Shown here piece after piece: positions 9,532 to 19,062 of a DNA stretch of 47,752 bases. The stretch is taken from the NCBI GenBank assembly GCA_017629595.1, contig JAGBWW010000068.1:1-47752 (forward strand). The letters are read 5' to 3'. The stretch is from Clostridia bacterium. GTDB lineage: Bacteria; Bacillota; Clostridia; Christensenellales; CAG-314. The notes below the pieces were generated by a model that was not told the DNA's origin, made no database searches, and saw only the letters and a list, made by a program, of their open reading frames with translations. The position numbers were made by a program, and so were the translations under genes. The number at the start of each line of letters is the position of its first letter. The stretch's first letter is position 1.

Positions 9532-11284
9532 AGTAATTAAAGTTTCAGGCCCCCTCATTGTCGCCGAAGGAATGTCCGACGTTGAAATGTTTGACGTTGT
9601 AAAAGTATCGGACAAAAGACTTATCGGCGAAGTTATTGAATTGCGTGACGACAAAGCATCAATTCAAGTTTACGAAGAAACAAGTGGTTTAAGTGTAGGT
9701 GCAGTTGTGCAATCTACCGGTTCTCCCTTGTCTGTTGAATTGGGACCTGGCCTCATTGAAGGTTTGTTTGACGGCATTCAACGCCCCTTAAAAGGCTTGT
9801 CCGACGCTTGTGGCGACCGTATTGCAACAGGTGTTGAGGTAAATGCTTTGGACAGAGACAAAAAATGGACTTTTGTTCCAACAGTTAAAGTAGGCGACAA
9901 AGTTGTTGCAGGCGACGTTTTGGGTACAGTTGACGAAACGTCCATTATCGTGCACAAAATTTTGGTACCTTACGGTGTAGAAGGCACAATCAAGTCAATC
10001 GTTGAAAAGGGTGACTACACGGTTGTTGACACAATTGCCGTTGTAGAAACGGCAAAAGGCGAACATCCCCTTACAATGATGCAAAAGTGGCCCGTCCGTA
10101 AAGCACGTCCTCACAAAGGCAAACTTTCTCCTTTCTCTCCCATGATTACAGGTCAAAGAGTTATTGACACTCTTTTCCCCATTGCAAAGGGTGGCGTGGC
10201 AGCCGTCCCCGGTCCTTTTGGAAGCGGTAAAACGGTCGTTCAACACCAATTGGCAAAATGGGCAGACGCACAAATCATCGTTTACGTTGGCTGTGGCGAA
10301 CGTGGAAACGAAATGACGGACGTTTTGAACGAATTCCCCGAACTTAAAGACCCCAAATCGGGCGAAAGCCTTATGAAGAGAACGGTGCTTATCGCAAATA
10401 CGTCGGATATGCCCGTTGCCGCTCGTGAAGCATCTATCTACACAGGCATCACCATTGCCGAATACTTCCGTGACATGGGTTACACCGTTGCAATCATGGC
10501 AGACTCCACCTCTCGTTGGGCAGAAGCCTTGCGTGAAATGAGTGGTCGTTTGGAAGAAATGCCCGGCGAAGAAGGTTATCCTGCATATTTGGCAAGCCGT
10601 ATTGCCGAATTTTACGAAAGAGCAGGTATCGTCAACGTTTTGGGCAGTGGCGACACAGTTGGCGCAATTTCCGCAATAGGTGCAGTTTCTCCTCCCGGTG
10701 GCGACTTGTCCGAACCTGTTGCACAAGGCACTTTGCGTATTGTCAAGGTATTCTGGGGTTTGTCTGCACAATTGGCATATAAACGTCACTTCCCTGCAAT
10801 TGACTGGTTGCAAAGTTACTCTTTGTACGACGACAAACTTTCAACTTGGTACGACGACAACGTCGCAAGCGACTTCTCCAAGTGCAAGACCGAGTTGATG
10901 TATATTTTGCAAGAAGAAAGCGAATTGGAAGAAATTGTTCGCCTTGTCGGTATGGACGCATTGGGCGACAAAGAAAGACTTATTTTGGAAACCTCTCGCT
11001 CCATAAGAGAAGACTTCTTGCACCAAAACGCATTTGACGAAATAGACACCTATACGTCTATGACCAAACAATACAAAATGATGAAGTTGATTTTGGACTT
11101 TTACCATTTGGCAAACGATGCTTTGCAAACGGTTGAGCTCAACCAAATCTTGGCATTGCCCGTAAGAGAACAAATCGGCAGAGCAAAATACATTCCCGAA
11201 ACTGAACTTTCCAAATTGGACGAAATTGCCAAGGCAGAAAGAAACGAAATTGGTGCACTTGTTGCAAACGGAGGGGAAAGATGA
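9521..11284 (+). CDS. ntpA: V-type ATPase catalytic subunit A
   Basis: 587 aa. Walker A GPFGSGKT, and the V-type non-homologous insert region is present. No intein. Confidence 0.95.
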   Translation: MEGRVIKVSGPLIVAEGMSDVEMFDVVKVSDKRLIGEVIELRDDKASIQVYEETSGLSVGAVVQSTGSPLSVELGPGLIEGLFDGIQRPLKGLSDACGDRIATGVEVNALDRDKKWTFVPTVKVGDKVVAGDVLGTVDETSIIVHKILVPYGVEGTIKSIVEKGDYTVVDTIAVVETAKGEHPLTMMQKWPVRKARPHKGKLSPFSPMITGQRVIDTLFPIAKGGVAAVPGPFGSGKTVVQHQLAKWADAQIIVYVGCGERGNEMTDVLNEFPELKDPKSGESLMKRTVLIANTSDMPVAAREASIYTGITIAEYFRDMGYTVAIMADSTSRWAEALREMSGRLEEMPGEEGYPAYLASRIAEFYERAGIVNVLGSGDTVGAISAIGAVSPPGGDLSEPVAQGTLRIVKVFWGLSAQLAYKRHFPAIDWLQSYSLYDDKLSTWYDDNVASDFSKCKTELMYILQEESELEEIVRLVGMDALGDKERLILETSRSIREDFLHQNAFDEIDTYTSMTKQYKMMKLILDFYHLANDALQTVELNQILALPVREQIGRAKYIPETELSKLDEIAKAERNEIGALVANGGER

Positions 11285-12660
11285 GAAAAGAGTACAAAAC
11301 CATTCGTGAAGTTGTCGGCCCTTTGATGTTGGTTGACAACGTAGAAGGTGTTTCCTACAACGAACTTGTTGAAATTGTTGAGCATGATGGCAATATTAGA
11401 CGTGGTAAAGTTTTGGAAGTGCAAGGCAACAAAGCATTGGTACAACTTTTTGAAGGTAGCCAAGGTTTGCAAGTTTCCTCATCCAAAGCAAGATTTTTGG
11501 GACACAGCTTGGAATTGGCAGTTTCCGAAGATATGCTTGGTCGCGTCTTTTCCGGCATGGGCGAACCCATTGACGGTGGTGCAAAAATCATTGCATCCAA
11601 AAAAATGGATATCAACGGTTTGCCCATCAACCCTTATGCAAGAGATTACCCCAACGAATTTATTCAAACAGGCATTTCTTCCATTGACGGTCTTAACACC
11701 CTTGTTCGTGGTCAAAAATTGCCCGTATTTTCAGCAAGTGGTTTGCCTCACGCACAACTTGCAGCACAAATTGCCCGTCAAGCAAAAGTTTTGGGCAGTG
11801 ACGAAAAATTCGCCGTTGTCTTTGGCGCAATGGGTATCACTTATGAAGAAGCCGACTTCTTTATTCAAGACTTTAGAAAAACAGGCGCAATCGAACGTGC
11901 AGTTTTGTTTATGAACCTAGCAAACGACCCTGCAATTGAACGTATTGCAACCCCTCGTATGGCATTGACAGCCGCCGAATATTTGGCATTCGAAATGGAT
12001 ATGCACGTCTTGGTTATCTTGACTGACATCACCAACTATGCCGAAGCATTGCGCGAAACGTCCGCCGCAAGAAAGGAAGTCCCCGGCAGACGTGGTTATC
12101 CTGGATATATGTACACAGACTTGGCAAGTTTGTACGAAAGAGCAGGTCGTATCAAAGGCAAAAAGGGAAGCATCACACAAATCCCCATTTTGTCCATGCC
12201 CGAAGACGACAAAACTCACCCCATTCCCGACTTGACAGGTTACATCACCGAAGGACAAATCATTTTGTCCAGAGAACTTTACAAAAAAGGCTTTTTGCCT
12301 CCCGTTGACGTATTGCCCAGTTTGTCCCGTTTGAAAGACAAAGGTATTGGCGCAGGAAAAACTCGTGAAGACCATGCTCGTACCATGAACCAATTGTTCT
12401 CGGCATACGCAGAAGGTAAATCGGCAAAAGAACTTGCGGCAATTTTGGGCGAAGCAGCATTGTCCGATACAGACAAGTTGTACGCAAAATTTGCAGTAGA
12501 ATTTGAAAAACAATATATCAACCAAGGCTTCACAACCAACCGTACAATTGAAGAAACACTCAATTTGGGTTGGAAATTGTTGGGTATTTTGCCCAGAAGC
12601 GAACTCAAACGTATTTCCGACGCAATGTTGGACAAATATTACAAACCTTACGTGGAGTAA
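11281..12660 (+). CDS. ntpB: V-type ATPase subunit B
   Basis: 459 aa. [12 protein letters not shown].. start and typical B-subunit motifs ([21 protein letters not shown]). ATGA overlap with ntpA. Confidence 0.95.
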   Translation: MRKEYKTIREVVGPLMLVDNVEGVSYNELVEIVEHDGNIRRGKVLEVQGNKALVQLFEGSQGLQVSSSKARFLGHSLELAVSEDMLGRVFSGMGEPIDGGAKIIASKKMDINGLPINPYARDYPNEFIQTGISSIDGLNTLVRGQKLPVFSASGLPHAQLAAQIARQAKVLGSDEKFAVVFGAMGITYEEADFFIQDFRKTGAIERAVLFMNLANDPAIERIATPRMALTAAEYLAFEMDMHVLVILTDITNYAEALRETSAARKEVPGRRGYPGYMYTDLASLYERAGRIKGKKGSITQIPILSMPEDDKTHPIPDLTGYITEGQIILSRELYKKGFLPPVDVLPSLSRLKDKGIGAGKTREDHARTMNQLFSAYAEGKSAKELAAILGEAALSDTDKLYAKFAVEFEKQYINQGFTTNRTIEETLNLGWKLLGILPRSELKRISDAMLDKYYKPYVE

Positions 12661-12668
12661 TTTTTTAG

Positions 12669-13301
12669 ATGGCTCGTTTAAACGTCAACCCCACCCGTAT
12701 GGAGTTGAAACGCCTTAAAGGCAGACTCAAAACGGCGACAAGGGGCTACCAACTTTTAAAAGATAAAACTGATGAAATGGTTCGTCGTTTTATAATAATT
12801 GCACGCAAAAACAAGCAACTTCGTCAAGAAGTGGAAAAAGAACTTGTCTTTGCGTTGCAAAACTTTGCATTGGCGAAATCTCTCACCGACTCAACACAGG
12901 TGGAAGAGGCCTTTTTGATGCCTTCAAAAACAATCAAATTGCAATGCAAAAAGTCGGTTATTATGAACGTTCCCGTCCCTGATATCACCATTTCCCAACA
13001 ACAAAGCCAAGGTTTACCTTACAGTTTTTTAAGTATGACGGCAGACATGGACAGCGTTGTCTTTGCCATGGACAAATTGTTGGAAAAAATGATTCAACTT
13101 GCCACGGTGGAAAAAACTTGCAATATGTTGGCAGACGAAATTGAAAAAAACAAACGCCGTGTCAACGCATTGGAAAACATCATGATTCCTCAAATGCAAG
13201 AAACCATCAAATACATTGCAATGAAGTTGGACGAAGACGAACGTGCATCCACGGTGCGTTTGATGAAGGTAAAATCCATTATTCAAAAGGAAAGAAATTA
13301 G
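12669..13301 (+). CDS. ntpD: V-type ATPase subunit D
   Basis: 210 aa. VNPTRMELKRLKGRLKTATRGYQLLKDK is the canonical D-subunit N-terminus. Confidence 0.9.
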   Translation: MARLNVNPTRMELKRLKGRLKTATRGYQLLKDKTDEMVRRFIIIARKNKQLRQEVEKELVFALQNFALAKSLTDSTQVEEAFLMPSKTIKLQCKKSVIMNVPVPDITISQQQSQGLPYSFLSMTADMDSVVFAMDKLLEKMIQLATVEKTCNMLADEIEKNKRRVNALENIMIPQMQETIKYIAMKLDEDERASTVRLMKVKSIIQKERN

Positions 13302-13350
13302 TTGACAACGTGTTGTTTTTCTTTACAATGGCCAACAAGTTTGCTATAAT
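13302..13350 (+). promoter_or_regulatory. Candidate guaB promoter(s)
   Basis: TTGACA 13302-13307, 16-nt spacer, TACAAT 13324-13329. An overlapping alternative is TTTACA 13322-13327, 17-nt spacer, TATAAT 13345-13350. Confidence 0.5.
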
Positions 13351-13366
13351 TTCTACAATTAAATAG

Positions 13367-14896
<1,530 letters not shown>

Positions 14897-14898
14897 AA

Positions 14899-15075
14899 AT
14901 GATTCAAAGAATAGATGGAAAAACGCCTTTCGGTGGCGATTATACTGAAATATCCTTTTTTGACAAAGAAGGAAAGGAAGTGGAAAAGCAATTTGCCACA
15001 AAGCTTGTGGTAAAGGAATTTACCAATGAAGGTAAACTTGTCCACGAAACGGTCATGACCAAAAAAGAAAAATAA
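14899..15075 (+). CDS. Hypothetical small protein (58 aa), co-transcribed with guaB
   Basis: ATG lies 2 nt after the guaB stop. Encodes MIQRIDGKTPFGGDYTEISFFDKEGKEVEKQFATKLVVKEFTNEGKLVHETVMTKKEK. The ORF ends 5 nt before the operon terminator. No SD sequence, so translation would rely on coupling. Below the 60-aa cutoff of the ORF track. Confidence 0.4.
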   Translation: MIQRIDGKTPFGGDYTEISFFDKEGKEVEKQFATKLVVKEFTNEGKLVHETVMTKKEK

Positions 15076-15080
15076 CAAAA

Positions 15081-15110
15081 AGCACAAGCAACTTTGCTTG
15101 TGTTTTTTTT
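15081..15110 (+). terminator. Intrinsic terminator of the guaB unit
   Basis: AGCACAAGCA (15081-15090) pairs with TGCTTGTGTT (15095-15104), ACTT loop, then a T8 run. Confidence 0.85.
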
Positions 15111-15223
15111 AAGGAAATATCAAATAAAAAAGGTTACAATTGTATTGCAACAAAAGAATTGCATTTTTGAATAGTCAGTGCTTTACTGAAAATTCACTTT
15201 GTTGTAAAATAGAGTAAAATTTT

Positions 15224-15237
15224 TGACCATTAGGTCA
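15224..15237. promoter_or_regulatory. Perfect palindrome (candidate operator) upstream of the protease gene
   Basis: TGACC-ATTA-GGTCA, 43 nt upstream of the ATG at 15280. Lies just downstream of a weak promoter-like TTCACT(15193)-16 nt-TAAAAT(15215). Confidence 0.35.
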
Positions 15238-15279
15238 ATAATAGATTTGTAAAGGATATCTTTTACTAAAGAGGTTATT

Positions 15280-16755
15280 ATGCGCAATAAAATTTTCAAA
15301 ACGATTGCACTTGCGTTGATATTGGTGTTTATCCTCGGCCTTACGGCAGGTTGCTTTTCCCAAGTGGAATTTGCCTACATCAACGGAGTGTTATCTTACA
15401 AAAATCAACAAGGCGAGTGGATTCCCCTTGAAGGCAACGACAGTTCCGTGTCCTTTTCCGTCATAGACGGCAATCTTTGCTATCTTGACGATTTGGGCAA
15501 TTGGGTGGAAGTTGACCAAGGCAGTGACGTCGTTTTTTCCATTAGAAATGGAAAACTTTGTTACTATTCCAACGGAAGTTGGGTGGAAGTTGGTGGCGAC
15601 AGCACGGTTACTGTGGAAGGCAACAGCCAAATTGTAGATTTATATTTGCAATCGGTACAATCAGGTTATTCGGGTTCTATTTTCGATTTCATTGACGAGT
15701 TGGAACAAGCAACCCACGATTTCCAAATACACGACGACGTTTTTGTGTCTGTACAACAAAACCTCGGTTGTGTTGTGTCAGTTTGGTGCGAAAACAACAA
15801 TGCGTCTTCGGCAGGCAGTGGCGTCATCATTGATTTGGACAAAGAAAACGGCAACGCCTACGTCATTACCAACTGTCACGTTGTCTATGACGATTACACA
15901 GGCAGATTTTTCTCGGATATTTACGTTGCATTGTACGGACAAGAATATTCCGAAACACTCATTGAAACGGAACTTGTCGGTGGTTTGCAAACGTACGACA
16001 TTGCAGTTTTGAAGGTGGAAAACAGCGACGTCATCAAAAACAGCCACGTTACACAAGCAGTCGTTTGTCAAGACCAAACGGCATACGTTGGCGAAACGGT
16101 CTATGCAATTGGCAACCCCGACGGTGCAGGTATTGCAGTCACAATGGGCATTGTCAGTGTGGACAGCGAAACAATCACAATGCCGGGCATCAAAAACAGT
16201 CGCATTGAAATTGATTACAGAGAAATTCGTGTAGATGCACCCATCAACAGTGGCAATAGCGGTGGCCCTTTGTTCAACAGCAAAGGTCAAGTCATTGGCA
16301 TTGTCAATGCAAAAAATACCGAAAATGAAAACATGGGCTACGTTTTGCCCATTAACCCCAGTTATTTGGCAGCACTCAAATTGATTGAAACCTATCAAAA
16401 CAACGGAAGCAACTCCTCCGTTGGCGTTGTTAGAAAGGTTTTGATGGGAGTCACAATTCAAATTGCCAGTTCAACGGCAGTTTTTGAAGATGGCAAGACT
16501 TTCATCAAAGAAACAATCCAAGTTGTCAGCACCGAAGCTGGTAGCGTAAGCCGTGGTGTGTTGCTTCAAGGAGATACCCTTGTATCCATCATCATTGACG
16601 GAGTGGAATACGAAATTACTCGTTTGCACACCGTTACCGAAAACATATTGCGTTGCTCAGTTGGCGATACAATTCAAATGAAACTTGTTCGCGATGGCGA
16701 AACGTTGACAGTCAGCATTACTTTTGGCGAAAGCAACACGGCAACAATTGACTAA
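15280..16755 (+). CDS. Lipoprotein trypsin-like serine protease (S1C/HtrA-like) with N-terminal triple repeat and C-terminal PDZ-like region
   Basis: 491 aa. Signal peptide with lipobox LTAGC. Catalytic triad contexts TNCHVV, YDIAVLKV and GNSGGPLF. AAAGAGG RBS. Confidence 0.85.
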   Translation: MRNKIFKTIALALILVFILGLTAGCFSQVEFAYINGVLSYKNQQGEWIPLEGNDSSVSFSVIDGNLCYLDDLGNWVEVDQGSDVVFSIRNGKLCYYSNGSWVEVGGDSTVTVEGNSQIVDLYLQSVQSGYSGSIFDFIDELEQATHDFQIHDDVFVSVQQNLGCVVSVWCENNNASSAGSGVIIDLDKENGNAYVITNCHVVYDDYTGRFFSDIYVALYGQEYSETLIETELVGGLQTYDIAVLKVENSDVIKNSHVTQAVVCQDQTAYVGETVYAIGNPDGAGIAVTMGIVSVDSETITMPGIKNSRIEIDYREIRVDAPINSGNSGGPLFNSKGQVIGIVNAKNTENENMGYVLPINPSYLAALKLIETYQNNGSNSSVGVVRKVLMGVTIQIASSTAVFEDGKTFIKETIQVVSTEAGSVSRGVLLQGDTLVSIIIDGVEYEITRLHTVTENILRCSVGDTIQMKLVRDGETLTVSITFGESNTATID

Positions 16756-16767
16756 AAAAAGTAAAAA

Positions 16768-16806
16768 TAAAAAAGCCTCAACAGTTTGTTGAGGCTTTTT
16801 GTTTTA
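16768..16806. terminator. Bidirectional intrinsic terminator (protease / fba)
   Basis: AAGCCTCAAC (16773-16782) pairs with GTTGAGGCTT (16788-16797), flanked by an A-run and a T-run. Confidence 0.85.
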
Positions 16807-16816
16807 TGCAAAACAA

Positions 16817-17740
16817 TTAGATTTTGTCGTTGGAACCCAAAACGTTGATGATCTTTCTTTTGACCATTTCTTTGATTGCTTTTCTTGCAGGAGCAAGATA
16901 GTTTCTGGGGTCAAATCCTTCGGGGTGTTCTGTAAAGTATTTTCTGATTTCTGCTGTGCAAGCAAGTCTGATGTCAGAGTCAATGTTGATTTTGCAAACT
17001 GCTCTTTTTGCTGCTTCACGCAACATTTCTTCGGGAACACCTTTTGCGCCGGGCATATTTCCGCCGTATTTGTTGATTTGTTCAACAAATTCTTGGGGAA
17101 CGGAACTTGCACCGTGCAAAACGATGGGGAAACCGGGCAAACGTTTGGAAACTTCTTCCAAAATGTCAAATCTAAGTTGAGGTTCGCCTTTGAACTTGAA
17201 TGCGCCGTGGCTTGTACCAATAGAGATTGCCAAAGAGTCAACGCCTGTGCGGTTTACAAATTCTTCAACTTGTGCAGGGTTTGTGTAACTGCCAAATTCG
17301 TTGGAAACGTGTTCTTCAACACCGGCAAGCGTACCCAATTCTGCTTCAACAACGACACCGTGTTCGTGAGCGTAATCTGCAACTTTTTTGGACAATGCAA
17401 TGTTTTCTTCAAAAGGAAGGGAGCTTGCGTCAATCATAACGGATGTAAAACCATCGTCAATACATTGTTTGCAAAGTTCAAAGCTGTCACCGTGGTCAAG
17501 GTGCAAGCAGATGGGCAAATCACTTTCGATCAAAGCTGCTTCAACCAATTTTTTAAGGTATGTAACGTTTGCGTAATTTCTTGCGCCTTTGGAAACTTGC
17601 AAGATAACGGGAGATTTTGTTTCCGTTGCTGCTTCGATAATACCTTGGATGATTTCCATGTTGTTGACGTTAAATGCGCCAATTGCGTAGCCACCTTCAT
17701 AGGCCTTTTTGAACATTTCTTTACTTGTTACAAGGGGCAT
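16817..17740 (-). CDS. fba: Class II fructose-1,6-bisphosphate aldolase
   Basis: 307 aa. MPLVTSKEMFKKAYEGGYAIGAFNVNNME.., LHLDHG, and the EAELG and HGASS motifs. GGAGG RBS. Confidence 0.95.
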   Translation of the reverse strand: MPLVTSKEMFKKAYEGGYAIGAFNVNNMEIIQGIIEAATETKSPVILQVSKGARNYANVTYLKKLVEAALIESDLPICLHLDHGDSFELCKQCIDDGFTSVMIDASSLPFEENIALSKKVADYAHEHGVVVEAELGTLAGVEEHVSNEFGSYTNPAQVEEFVNRTGVDSLAISIGTSHGAFKFKGEPQLRFDILEEVSKRLPGFPIVLHGASSVPQEFVEQINKYGGNMPGAKGVPEEMLREAAKRAVCKINIDSDIRLACTAEIRKYFTEHPEGFDPRNYLAPARKAIKEMVKRKIINVLGSNDKI

Positions 17741-17808
17741 AATTTATTCCTCCAAAATTAGTTTAGTGTTTAACGAGGCAAAGGTTTGATAATATTTAAT
17801 CAAAATTA

Positions 17809-17837
17809 TTGTCAAAACCGAAGTGCCGTGCTATAAT
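17809..17837 (+). promoter_or_regulatory. Sigma-A promoter for gap
   Basis: TTGTCA 17809-17814, 17-nt spacer, TATAAT 17832-17837. Gives a 5' UTR of about 90 nt. Confidence 0.6.
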
Positions 17838-17931
17838 ACTAAAGGTATTGTAACACAACAAAGTTTTTAAGTAAAGCAATATCAAATTATTCAATTTATG
17901 TAATTTATTAACTTGGAGGTTAACAAATATT

Positions 17932-18957
17932 ATGGCAAAGAAAAACGTAAGAGTAGCAATCAATGGCTTCGGTAGAATTGGCCGTTTGGCATTCAGACAA
18001 ATGTTCGGCGCAGAAGGTTATGAAATCGTCGCAATCAACGACTTGACAGAACCCAAAATGCTTGCACACTTGCTCAAATATGACAGCTGCCAAAAAAGAT
18101 ATGCTTTGTGCGACAAAGTTTCCTGCACAGAACATTCTATCATCGTTGATGGTCACGAAATCGAAATCTACAAAGAAAAAGATGCAATCAACCTTCCTTG
18201 GAAAGCACTTGACGTAGATATGGTTTTGGAATGCACAGGCTTCTACACAAAGAAAGAAAAAGCAGAAGCACACATTCAAGCAGGCGCAAAGAAAGTTATC
18301 ATCTCCGCACCCGCAGGCAATGACCTTCCTACAGTTGTTTACGGCGTAAACGAAAACATCTTGAAGGCAGAAGACACAGTTATCTCCGCAGCAAGCTGTA
18401 CAACAAACTGCTTGGCACCCATGGCAAAAGCACTCAACGATTATGCACCCATCCAAAGTGGTATCATGATCACAGTTCACGCATACACAGGCGACCAAAT
18501 GGTCCTTGACGGTCCTCACCGCAAAGGCGATTTGAGACGTGCAAGAGCAGCAGCATGCAACATCGTTCCCAACAGCACAGGCGCAGCAAAAGCAATCGGT
18601 TTGGTAATTCCCGAACTTTCCGGCAAACTTATCGGTTCTGCACAAAGAGTTCCCGTTCCCACAGGTTCCTCCACAATTTTGATTGCAGTCGTTAAAGGCA
18701 AAGACGTAACAAAAGAAAGCATCAACGAAGTAATGAAAGCAGCATCCAACGCATCTTTCGGTTACACAGAAGACTTGCTTGTTTCCAGTGACATCATCGG
18801 TATCACAGAAGGTTCCTTGTTTGATGCAACACAAACCATGGTCACAAAAGTTGACGACGACACATACCAAGTACAAGTTGTTTCCTGGTATGACAACGAA
18901 AACAGCTACACATCCAACATGGTTAGAACAATCAAATACTTTGCAGAACTCAACTAA
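17932..18957 (+). CDS. gap: Glyceraldehyde-3-phosphate dehydrogenase (type I)
   Basis: 341 aa. INGFGRIGR Rossmann motif, [10 protein letters not shown] active site, WYDNE C-terminal motif. GGAGG RBS. Confidence 0.95.
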   Translation: MAKKNVRVAINGFGRIGRLAFRQMFGAEGYEIVAINDLTEPKMLAHLLKYDSCQKRYALCDKVSCTEHSIIVDGHEIEIYKEKDAINLPWKALDVDMVLECTGFYTKKEKAEAHIQAGAKKVIISAPAGNDLPTVVYGVNENILKAEDTVISAASCTTNCLAPMAKALNDYAPIQSGIMITVHAYTGDQMVLDGPHRKGDLRRARAAACNIVPNSTGAAKAIGLVIPELSGKLIGSAQRVPVPTGSSTILIAVVKGKDVTKESINEVMKAASNASFGYTEDLLVSSDIIGITEGSLFDATQTMVTKVDDDTYQVQVVSWYDNENSYTSNMVRTIKYFAELN

Positions 18958-18980
18958 TTTCTATAAAGTAAAAACACACA

Positions 18981-19018
18981 ATACGGAAAAACCCTTGTGG
19001 TTTTTCCGTATTTTTTTT
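18981..19018 (+). terminator. Intrinsic terminator after gap
   Basis: ATACGGAAAAACC (18981-18993) pairs with GGTTTTTCCGTAT (18999-19011): 13-bp stem followed by a T8 run. Confidence 0.9.
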
Positions 19019-19062
19019 GCTATTTTTGTCAACACTCAAATCACGCAACGAGGTGAAAAGTG

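Noticed and set aside
15224-15237. CtsR operator upstream of the protease gene
   Set aside because: The CtsR box is a direct heptad repeat (GGTCAAAnanGGTCAAA). Here the GGTCA cores are inverted (TGACCattaGGTCA), so it is not a canonical CtsR site. It is kept only as a generic candidate operator.
16799-17761. 320-aa plus-strand ORF covering all of fba
   Set aside because: Codon-aligned antisense shadow of class II aldolase. Its Cys/Phe-rich translation has no recognisable motif, and it starts inside the bidirectional terminator.
18076-18126. Unusual Cys-rich stretch in GAPDH ([17 protein letters not shown]) where KYDS.HG... is usual
   Set aside because: The reading frame is continuous and all catalytic motifs downstream are intact. 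This loop is variable among GAPDHs, so natural variation is most likely, not a frameshift or a regulatory feature.
17920-18876. 318-aa minus-strand ORF opposite gap
   Set aside because: Codon-aligned antisense shadow of GAPDH, with more than 15% Cys in the translation. The same explanation applies to 1998-2996, 25291-26274, 31093-32163 and 36520-37959.
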